Part shown: piece by piece, positions 55,835 through 64,000 of the stretch
Position numbering within the stretch: position 1 is the first letter of the stretch
Layout: every line of letters begins with the position of its first letter
Assembly (NCBI GenBank): GCA_013416795.1
Contig: RQSC01001079.1
Location: 76,629-140,628, forward strand
Origin: Prasinococcaceae sp. CCMP 1430
Lineage: Eukaryota > Plantae > Prasinodermophyta
Length of the DNA: 64,000 nucleotides
Direction of reading: 5' to 3'
Position numbers and translations under genes: made by a program
Notes under the pieces: generated by a model
The model's input: only the letters and a program-made list of their open reading frames with translations
What the model was told of the DNA's origin: nothing
Databases searched by the model: none

Positions 55835-56072
55835 AGCTTGGCGCCTCGAGCAGCCGCTTGCTAGCTGGGGCGCAGCTACAGCGATGTGCTGCGTCGGCAG
55901 TGGCATCCAGCAACGCGCCCGCGCCCGCGCGCCGTCTCGCGTCGCGCGCGTGCCCTTAATACAAGCTCTCCAGCGATGCCAAAAACGTCGCACCCACGCC
56001 TGAGTGTGGGGCCCGATGTCGATATTATATCGCGCGCGAATCACCTGCGGCGCGCGCGCACTCGCACTCTCG

Positions 56073-57957
56073 TCAAGCCGCAAAACTGAAGCCTCCATGG
56101 AAGCCGTAACCCATCGTGAAAGGCGCATCCGCGCGCGCGACCTCCTCCATGGTCGCCGCGTCGAGCACGACGAAGCTTGCATTGCCGTCGGGGCCGTGCG
56201 TGCATGCGAGCAGCACGCCGTCGTCCTCGGCGTCGGCGCCCGGACGAGGCACGAATGTGGGCTCACCAGGGACGAAGTCGCGGCGACGCCACACCTTGCC
56301 GGTGCGCGTCTCCGTGTCGATCTTCACCAGCGCATTTCCCAGGTTGGATCCGTCCATCGCGTGAATGCCGTACACGTACCGGCAGGCGTTGGCGCCACCG
56401 GCGCGCCACTTCTCGTTCACGCAGGGGAACTGGCGCCGTGCGCGCGCGCGCCGCGCGAAGCGGTGTCAGCGCCTTTTCGACGGAGTGAGGGCAGATTTGG
56501 CGAGGCCTCGCGTCCATCGGGGCGCTCGCGCGCGCTCTGTTTCTTCTCAGGCCGCGCGCGTCGCACTCACCTCCACGAAGCCACCGCCCTCCTCGCCCGC
56601 CGGCGGCGACACGGGCGTGACCGTCGCCTTGGCGCCCGCCCCGCCCTTCAGCGGGACGCTGATGCGCGTGAGGGTGGCTATGGGGATGGGGCGGTGCATC
56701 CCTTCGCCCGGCGCTGCGCGGCAGCGGTCGAGGGCCAGCGCCTCGACGATCTGTGCATCCTCGCAGAGCGCAGCGTACACGTGCATGTGCGTGGCATCCT
56801 CGTGCGCGCCCGCAAAGTGGAACGCGAATCCCGGCGGCATCTCGTGGACGCGCGTGCTGCCGTCCGCCAGGTCCACGAGGTGCAAGCGCGTGCCGGCGTC
56901 GTTGCCGCGCCACAGGAAGGGCGTCGGTGCGTCGCCGTTGCCCAGCAGCATCTTGGTCATGTCGAAGCGGATGGGAAACTCGCAGAGCAGCGCGTGGCGC
57001 TCCGTGGCGCTGAAGTCGTGCATCCACGAGGGCGACAGGGGCTCGGCGAGCGACAGGCTGGCCACGCGCTCGCGGCGCGCCGGGTTGGCGCCGGGGCGCA
57101 TCCTGTACAGCGAGGTGCCCAGCCCGACCTCCGTCACGAAGTTCAGGAGCGCTCCGTCGCGCTCGACGCACGGGTGCGCCGTCGTGAGGCTCCCCGGGAT
57201 GGCGTCCCCGGCGTAGTGCAGCTGACCCTTGGTCTCCAGCGTCTCCGTGTCGATCAGGTACGCCCCCGTCGTCGTCTCGGTCATCGCCAGCGCGGTGCCC
57301 TCGCCGAAGGGCACGATGTTCACCGAGGCGTTGTCCGTGAGCCCCTCGCCGACGCCCATGGCGCCCAGCACGGTCTGCGCGACCTCCGCCGCCTTGCCCA
57401 GGCTCGTCGCGTGCTCGGGCTCCGTGTTGAATTCGCGGAATCGCATTCGCCCCTCACGCGCCGCGCGGTACGCCTTGGTGTCCACGAAGCGCTGCGTGGC
57501 GTGCGCCTCGCCGTCCTCGAAGCGCACGCGCAGCACCGCCCCGTAGCCGTCGAACATGTGCGTCATCTCCTGGCCGGACGCCGTGCGGTACGCGCCTGGG
57601 CCGTTGCGCAGGTACGTGCCGCGCAGCCACCCCGGGATCTCGCCGCTCACCTCGAGGCGCGTCGCCTGCGTGCGCTCCTCCGTGCCGCCCAGCGCCGCGC
57701 GCGCGGAGAGGTGCTGCTCGCCGAGGAGCGCCTCCCTCGCCTTCGGCTCCGAGGCCGCGCCGCTCGACGCGGCCGCGGCGGCGGCGAGAGCACCCCGACG
57801 CCGCTGTTGCGAATACGCCGCACTGACAGCCGCCGCGCGCGACTCGTGGCACCGCCGCGCGCGCGCTCCTTTGCCGCAGCGGGCGAGACTCGCGGAGGAT
57901 GGGCAATGTCACGCGTCTGGCACGGTACGTGAATTGCGCGCGCTGCGGCGCACCCAT
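56073..57957 (-). CDS. Carotenoid cleavage dioxygenase, CCD8-like (exons about 57957-57929, 57888-56571, 56429-56073)
   Basis: GEIPGWLRGTYLRNGPG, THMFDG, REF, LTDNA, MTET, TAHP, WMHDF, FVE|FPCVN, PGEPTFVP, EDDG and YGFHG; all four Fe-ligating His are present. Confidence 0.92.
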
Positions 57958-58884
57958 GCGGCCGCGGCGGCGGCCACGGCGCTCACCTGTGTCCTGTCCC
58001 AAAGGAATGTTGCAGCGCCCCGGCACCGCACCAAGCCTCCAGTGCGCGGTGAAACAAAAAAAAATAAAAATGCATTTTCGAAAACGCGTCGCCGCACGCC
58101 ACACTCGGCGCCACATGAAAGCTCCAAGTTGGGCGCTGAGCCACGCGCCCCATCGCTCGCCGCTTCGCATGCGGGTCACGACGGGCGTCGATGGCCCCTG
58201 TGCGAAGTCTCCATCGATGGGGCGCGTGGCTCAGCACCGAACAAGACGCTGGTGTGCGCGCCGCTCGAGCACGAGCGCCGGCCGCGCGCGAAACGAAATT
58301 AAAAAACAGGTGCATTCATCAAGATTCTTTTCTCACCGATTTCCTCGTCAAAAAGGCGGCCAAAAAAAAAGGGCTCGCCCCCCGGCCCACCGACCGGCCA
58401 CTGCGCACGCAGCGATACCAATCCGATCTCAAACGATCGCGCCGCCTCGCTCGCTCGCGGTGCGGCGCAGTGCGGCAGCGGCCGCGCGCCAGGCGGAGAG
58501 AGCGCCGCCCCGGCGCACACACGCCCACGCACCCCTCCCCGGGCGGGCGCTGTGGCGCCGGCGGCAGCAGCGCCGCGCCGCCACCACCGCTCCCTGTTGC
58601 GCGAACACTATCCGCGCGCCCACACCCCTCCAAAACCAATCTGTCGAATTGTATGAATATCAAATAGCGTTAAACTCGGAGCAAATGCACAGAATTTGTG
58701 GCGGAATTCCGCGGCGCTCGGGTGCGCTGCTGCCGCGCCGTGCGCCGCCGGCCCGCGCATGGAATCCAGTATGGTATCCATAATTTTATCCAGGTTTTGT
58801 GCGGAATCCTTGTGGAATCCACGTGGTGGGGGGGGCGCGGCGGCGGCCGCCGCGGCGCGGCGGCCGCCGCGGACTAGTTCGGCG

Positions 58885-59694
58885 ATGTCGAGCGGCGTGC
58901 GGCCTCGTCGCGCCGCGGCGCGCGCCATGCCGGCGGACGGCCTCGCGGTGGGCCCGCGCAAGCGCGACTTCCGGCAGCGCGCGCACGCCAACCCGCTCGC
59001 CGACCAGTCGTTCGACGTGCCCGCGCGGCCGTCGGCCGTCGGGTGGGAGGGCAAGTTCACGCCCGAGGCGTGGCGCGCCGGCGGCGGCAGGATCGCGTTC
59101 GCCGACGTGGGCTGCGGCTTCGGCGGGCTGCTCATGGCGCTGAGCGCCAAGTTCCCAGACAAGCTGTGCGTGGGCATGGAGCTGCGCGACAAGGTGAGCG
59201 CGTACGTGCAGGAGCGCATCGCGGGCCACCGCGAGGAGTCGGGCGGCCAGCGCGCGGGCAACGCGTGCTGCATGCGCGTCAACGCCATGAAGGCGCTGCC
59301 CAACTACTTCGAGCGCGGCACGCTGGAAAAGCTCTTCTTCCTCTACCCGGACCCGCACTTCAAGCGCACCAACCACCGGCGGCGCATCGTGTCCACGCAG
59401 CTGCTCGCCGAGTACGCCTACTGCCTGGGCGTCGGCGCGCTGGTGTACACCGTCACCGACGTGGAGGAGCTGCACCTGTGGATGGCCGAGCACCTGGAGG
59501 CGCACGCGCTCTTCGAGCGCGTCAGCGAGGAGGAGCTCGCGGCGGACCCCGTGGCGCCGCTGCTCAAGACGAGCTCGGAGGAGGGCCAGAAGGTGGCGCG
59601 CAACTCGGGCAGCCACTTCATCGCCGTCTTCAGGCGGATAGAGGACCCCAGGCTGAACAGGGAGGGCGCGCCCGCCAAGAGGCAGCGCGCGTGA
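58885..59694 (+). CDS. TRM8: tRNA (guanine-N7)-methyltransferase catalytic subunit, eukaryotic Trm8/METTL1 type
   Basis: PRKRDFRQRAHANP, FADVGCGFGGL, GMELR, NAMKALPNYFERG.LEKLFFLYPDPHFK and EEGQKVARN. Confidence 0.96.
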   Translation: MSSGVRPRRAAARAMPADGLAVGPRKRDFRQRAHANPLADQSFDVPARPSAVGWEGKFTPEAWRAGGGRIAFADVGCGFGGLLMALSAKFPDKLCVGMELRDKVSAYVQERIAGHREESGGQRAGNACCMRVNAMKALPNYFERGTLEKLFFLYPDPHFKRTNHRRRIVSTQLLAEYAYCLGVGALVYTVTDVEELHLWMAEHLEAHALFERVSEEELAADPVAPLLKTSSEEGQKVARNSGSHFIAVFRRIEDPRLNREGAPAKRQRA

Positions 59695-59828
59695 GCGCCG
59701 AGAGGAGCCGTTCGTCGCTCAAATACAGTTCAGTTCGTGCGTGCATCGTTGCCTTTCTTCGCGCCCGCGCCTAGAGCGCGGGCGCGCGCGTCGCTTGCGA
59801 TTGCTTGGGAACCCTGGCGCGCGCGCGC

Positions 59829-62213
59829 TCATATGTCGTCGTCCAGCCCGCCCGACAGCTCGTCGTGCGACGCCAGCGGCTCGAAGTCGCCGCGCATGGT
59901 CTGGTACTCGGCGGTGGCCGCGCCGCTCCCGCCGAACGGCAGCGCCGCCACCAGCGCTCCCCAGGCGCTCCCCGCCGCGTCGCCTGCGGACCGCAGCCAG
60001 TCGCTCACCGGCATGCCCATGAAGTGCGCCCCGCCGAGGGCGACGCCCGCGATCAGGCCGACGACCAGCACGCCCACCACGAACTTGCCGAAGCCCGACA
60101 TGCCCTTCTTGCCCCCCCCGCCGCCGCCGCCGCCGCCGCCGCCGGCGTGGCCGGGCACGCCGTGCTCCTTGCCGTCCCAGGCGTCGCGCCAGAAGCCCGC
60201 GGTGAAGGGCGGCGTCCCGCCCTTCATGTCGCAGCGGTCGCCGCCGATGTATCGGAGCAGCGTGTCCATGTTGCGCGCGTACCGCTTCTCGTCGATGGCC
60301 GGGCACGCCTGCACGGACCCCGCGCTGATCGCGTTGAGGCACGCGCCGTCGGCGCCGCGCACGGCGCCGTAGTCGCACTCGTAGTCGCTGCTCGAGCACG
60401 CGCACGGCTCCACGGTGGGCGGCGAGTGCTCCCACTCCTTGCCGTTGTAGCAGATGGCGGAGGGGCGGCGGCGCGTCATGGTGACCTTGGCGCCCAGCAT
60501 GCAGCGGTCCAGGTGCCACTCCTCGTAGTCGGCGGCCGAGCAGCGCTTCAGCGTGTCGTCGTCGAGCTTGGCCTCGAAGTCGACGAGCACGACCGCGCCC
60601 TTGAGCTCGTAGTCGTCGCCGACGATCACGCCGTGCGCGACGAACCTGCGCGCGGCGAAGTCGCCCTCCACGCGGATGTTCTTCACGTGCATGGGCTGCG
60701 GCAGCGCCACCTTGTGCCACTGCGTGCGGCCGCCCGCGCTGGCGCCGGCGCTCCACTGGAGGTGGTCGGCGGGCCCCGCCATGTAGTGCTTCGCGGCGAC
60801 GATGATCCCGCCGTGGTCGCCGTACTCGTACACGTGCGGTCCCTTGAGCGTCTCCTCCCACGTCTGGCCGCCGTCGCGCGTCAGGTACGTGTTGACCAGC
60901 CCGGACTCCGTCTCGAGGTGCGCGCCCATGTTGCCCGTGGCGATGGCGTAGCCCGGCGCGGAGGGGTGCGAGTAGAAGCCGGTGAAGCCCTCCTCGTACC
61001 ACGAGTTGGAGCCGTGCAGGTGCAGCGAGCACTGCGGCAGGATGCAGTCGGTGGGCGCACCCTCGGCGTCCTTGCGCGGCGCGGGGATGGGGGCCCACTC
61101 GCCGCCGCGGTTGTGCGTGATGACGGTGACCACCTGGGGCTGCGACTGCGACTCCGGGTGGAGCGCGCGGTTGACCAGGAGCACGCCCTCGGGGATGGTC
61201 GCGTCGCCCGCGCCCGTGTCGAAGCGCACGCGGCTGATGTCGGCGCCCAGCTCGCCGACGGTGGCCGCCGGCAGCGACAGCGCGAAGAGCGTGTTGCGCG
61301 AGTCCGAGGTGTACACGTCGGTGAGGAAGTCGCCGGAGGCGCCGTAGTGTTGGCCGCCGTGCTGCACGCCCACCAGCGGCATGCCCTCGTCGCCGTCCGA
61401 GATGAAGAAGGCGCTGCTGGGCAGCTCGGTGGGGAAGCACATGGCGGTGAAGGCCGCGCCGCCGTCGTCGCTCACCATGAGCGTGACGCCGGCGGAGGGC
61501 TCGGGCGAGTCGCCGCCGGGCTTCTCCTCGCACGCGTTGGGCACGGCGACGTACAGCTTGCCGTCGAGCGCCTCCAGCACGTTGCCGCACTTGAGCACGT
61601 GCTCGTGCTGGCCCTGGAAGAGGTCGTCGCTGCGCACGAAGTCGATGTCGCCGTCCCAGCCGCCGGTGTGCGCGTGCGCGTGCGCCTGCCTCCGCTCGCC
61701 CTCCTCGTACACCGTGGCGAGCACGGCGAGGTCCTCGGCCGCGGCCTTGGCGGGCTCGTCGAGCGCGTTGGCCGCCCAGTCGTAGTCGACGAAGCTCACG
61801 ATGCGGCCCTCGCTGTTGCGCGTGAGGTTGGTCCACGCGGCGGGCCCGCCCCGTCCCAGCTCGTTCGCGAAGAGCAGGTCCTGCGCGCACAGGGCGCTCG
61901 GGTCGGTGAAGCACTCGAGGCGCACCACGTGGGCGAGCACGCGGCCGGCGGCCGCGGGGTGCAGCCTCACGGAGCTCAGGACGGCGCCGGCGCCGAGGTC
62001 GACGGGGAAGAAGGTGCGCCCGCGGTCGGCCGTCGCGAAGTGCGCGTCGTTCTGGCTCTCGAACAGCACGTAGTCCGGGAAGCGGTCGTCGGTGTGCGCG
62101 GCCAGGAAGCCGGGGGCGCAGCGGCCGGCGTACGCGCAGATGTCGAGCTGCGCGGGGTCGCGCATGCCGGGGGCGAGGGGGCTGCCGTCGGCGGTGAGGT
62201 CCGTCCACTTCAT
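59829..62213 (-). CDS. VPS10/sortilin-domain receptor; signal peptide/N-terminal exon not found
   Basis: BNR-like motifs (VSDDGGAAF, YTSDSRN, THNRGGEW, LTRDGGQTW), CSLHLH, 10CC cysteines, a TM helix and a cytosolic YQTM motif. Confidence 0.9.
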   Translation of the reverse strand: MKWTDLTADGSPLAPGMRDPAQLDICAYAGRCAPGFLAAHTDDRFPDYVLFESQNDAHFATADRGRTFFPVDLGAGAVLSSVRLHPAAAGRVLAHVVRLECFTDPSALCAQDLLFANELGRGGPAAWTNLTRNSEGRIVSFVDYDWAANALDEPAKAAAEDLAVLATVYEEGERRQAHAHAHTGGWDGDIDFVRSDDLFQGQHEHVLKCGNVLEALDGKLYVAVPNACEEKPGGDSPEPSAGVTLMVSDDGGAAFTAMCFPTELPSSAFFISDGDEGMPLVGVQHGGQHYGASGDFLTDVYTSDSRNTLFALSLPAATVGELGADISRVRFDTGAGDATIPEGVLLVNRALHPESQSQPQVVTVITHNRGGEWAPIPAPRKDAEGAPTDCILPQCSLHLHGSNSWYEEGFTGFYSHPSAPGYAIATGNMGAHLETESGLVNTYLTRDGGQTWEETLKGPHVYEYGDHGGIIVAAKHYMAGPADHLQWSAGASAGGRTQWHKVALPQPMHVKNIRVEGDFAARRFVAHGVIVGDDYELKGAVVLVDFEAKLDDDTLKRCSAADYEEWHLDRCMLGAKVTMTRRRPSAICYNGKEWEHSPPTVEPCACSSSDYECDYGAVRGADGACLNAISAGSVQACPAIDEKRYARNMDTLLRYIGGDRCDMKGGTPPFTAGFWRDAWDGKEHGVPGHAGGGGGGGGGGGKKGMSGFGKFVVGVLVVGLIAGVALGGAHFMGMPVSDWLRSAGDAAGSAWGALVAALPFGGSGAATAEYQTMRGDFEPLASHDELSGGLDDDI

Positions 62214-62220
62214 TGATCGG

Positions 62221-63396
62221 TTGGATGTGTGTGTGCGTGGGTGTGTGTGTTTTGGTTGTTGTTGTTGGGTTTTGGCGTTGTGTTGTGTTTTGTTGCGGAG
62301 GTGGGGATAAGAGGGAGGTGGGGATGTATGGAGATTGTGGTAGATGTTGATGATTGGGATGTGGATGAAGGAGGTTGTTAGAGTGGGTGGGTGATGTTAA
62401 GTTGGAATGATGTTTGTGTAGGTGTGGATGAGGTGTGTGGGGTTGTGTAAGTATGGTAGAGGTTGATGATGGGGATGTGGATGAAGGAGGTTGTTAGAGT
62501 GGGTGGGTTAGATAAAGTGGGATTGATGATTGTGTAAGTGTGGATGAGGTGTGTGAGATTGTGAAAGTATGGGTGTGTTAGAAGAAAAGAGGTTTGGGGT
62601 AGGGTGTGAGGGTTGTGTAAGGGAGGTGGGGATATGGGGTTGAAGAGGAGGTGGGGATGTATGGAGAATGTGGTAGAGGTTGATGATGGGGATGTGGGTG
62701 AAATGGGGATGTGGATGAAGGAGGTTGTTGTGTAAGTATGCGTGTGTTAGAAGAAGAAAGGTTTGGGGGGTAGGGGATGAGGGTAGTTAAGGTGAGGTGG
62801 GGTAGGTTAAAATGGAGATGTGAATGTATGGAGAATGTGGTAAAGGTTGATAATGGGGATGTGGATGGGGATGTAAGGAGAGTAGGGTAGAGGTGGATAA
62901 AGGGGATGAAGGTAGTGAATGGGAGGTGGGGTTAAAGGGGGAGTGGGGATGTATGGAAAAGAGGTTGGTGGGTAGGATGTGAGGGTAGTGATGGGGGAGG
63001 TGGGGATGTAAGGAGAGTATGGTAGTGGTTTTGGTGAATTTTATTGTAATATGTGGAAAATGGTGGGAAATGGGTGGAAATTAATGAAAATAATTGAAAA
63101 TTGAGGAAATGTTTGGATGTGTTTTGGGTAATATTGTTGGAATATTAGTATTATTGAATTTTGATGTAATATTTGTGTATTTTGATTAATATGTATGTTA
63201 AAATGTATGTACTGTATATTGTAAAGTTGGTGTAATTTAAAAAGTAGTTTTGATTAAAATATTAGTGAATGTATTTTGATATTGAAATAAAAAATAGGAT
63301 ATTTTGGAATATTATTTGAAATTTTGTGTTTATTGTGTTAGTTAAAAAAATTTGGATTATATTGTTTAGGGTTAGGGTTTGTATTGTATATTAAAA
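62221..63396 (+). repeat. Low-complexity G/T/A tract almost devoid of C, containing a degenerate ~65-nt minisatellite and ending in a telomere-like motif
   Basis: Only 5 C counted (62236, 62276, 62296, 62741, 63212). Unit gaggtggggatgtatggaga.tgtggtaga.gttgatgat.gggatgtggatgaaggaggttgtt recurs; TTTAGGGTTAGGGTTT at 63365-63380. Confidence 0.9.
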
Positions 63397-63403
63397 TGCA
63401 TGC

Positions 63404-63409
63404 AAAAAA
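63404..63409 (-). terminator. RNA polymerase III terminator (T6) of the tRNA gene
   Basis: TTTTTT begins 4 nt after the discriminator base on the minus strand. Confidence 0.8.
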
Positions 63410-63412
63410 GAG

Positions 63413-63514
63413 TTACCGCGCCGGGACTCGAACCCGGGTTTGGAGAGTGAGAGTCTCCTGTGATGACCACTTGAGCTTCTGAATCAAGGGATGCAGATAC
63501 TACACTACGCAGTA
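63413..63514 (-). tRNA. tRNA-Glu(CUC) with a 30-nt D-loop insertion (candidate non-canonical intron, 63498-63469)
   Basis: Acceptor stem TACTGCG/CGCGGTA plus A73; anticodon arm GGAGA-CTCTCAC-TCTCC; T arm CCGGG-TTCGAGT-CCCGG. Removing the insert gives a 72-nt cloverleaf with D-arm GTGTAGTGGTCATCAC. Confidence 0.88.
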
Positions 63515-64000
63515 CGCGTTCTTTTTTTTGAACGCTGTTGATGTGACCGCTAACAGGCCAGTATACATACCATACAGACAATGCAGAGAGACGTTTGCGT
63601 TCATTTTGATATGCACATGCTGTAGTCGCCGCCGTTCCAGTCCCCCATGTGATATCCACCCGGACGCAGGTGCAAAGGAAACACTCTCTCGATCGATCAA
63701 ACGAACGAAGCCCGAAGTTACATTCGATATTGGTATCATCGCGAACATCAAAATTCACAGCACTTCGCACGAGCCTACGGCCCGGTTTCGCGGCGGCGGG
63801 CGCCCCGGGCGGTGGGGCGCGCAGGTGCCGCGCGGGCCGTTTTGCGGTATGGGGCACGCGCAGCCTTTGCAATCCGCGAAATTTACTCGCGACAGACACA
63901 CAGGCCCACCCCGCGCCGGCTATTCGGCCAACAGCCGGCGCGGCGGCCGGCAGAGCCTCACGTCGCTCGCAGGCCGCGCGCGGCGCCACTCGGCGGCGCG

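Noticed and set aside
63365-63380. True chromosome end or telomere
   Set aside because: Only about two units, with ordinary sequence continuing on both sides.
63494-63505. U2 snRNA gene: the minus strand reads GTGTAGTATCTG, identical to the U2 branch-point-recognition region
   Set aside because: The flanks lack U2 stem I and an Sm site. Seven of the 12 nt are the tRNA D-arm and the rest is the start of the insert, so it is treated as coincidence.
27285-63514. Functional cluster of RNA-modification genes (RlmN, PUS10, TRM8, tRNA)
   Set aside because: They are spread over 36 kb among unrelated genes and act in different compartments, which is consistent with chance.
63520-63770. snoRNA or other ncRNA upstream of the tRNA (AT-rich, with a box-C-like GATGATA on the minus strand)
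   Set aside because: No matching box D with a terminal stem or recognisable rRNA antisense element could be found by eye; an Rfam/Infernal scan would be needed.
1-64000. Transposable elements or introner-type repeated introns
   Set aside because: No transposase, RT or integrase motifs, and no terminal repeats were seen. The introns share only short splice signals and simple (CA/GT, CG) repeats, not extended similarity.

Overview
Compact, very GC-rich eukaryotic nuclear DNA. By inference it comes from a prasinophyte-grade green alga: short spliceosomal introns with GTGCGT-type donors and CTGAC branch points, plastid-targeted proteins, TGTAA polyadenylation signals and ciliary genes. About 35 tightly packed protein genes can be supported, including BUD20, ALG13, LTO1/VKOR, CCT3, a DUF4139 protein, a sulfotransferase, a Deg protease, a thioredoxin-like protein, RlmN, a J-domain/thioredoxin protein, CCDC113, MORN3, EMC2, a SET-TPR-2OG fusion, TauE, an FHA-fibrillin, a P450, a cis-prenyltransferase, synaptotagmin, uL1, RPT6, PUS10, a CCD8-like dioxygenase, TRM8 and a VPS10 receptor, plus one tRNA. 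The assembly is draft quality: four N-runs, four single-n gaps, several missing 5' ends and one alphaproteobacterial nuoF fragment. The most interesting signals are (1) a tRNA-Glu(CUC) with a 30-nt insertion in the D-loop; (2) a probably plastid-targeted, disordered Lys/Ala/Pro protein with five KKPAFSFG repeats; (3) a SET/MYND-TPR-lysyl-hydroxylase-like fusion with a GC-AG intron; (4) a ~1.2 kb tract almost free of C on one strand; and (5) recurrent candidate GC-AG introns. All homology calls come from recognising motifs by eye; no database searches were run.
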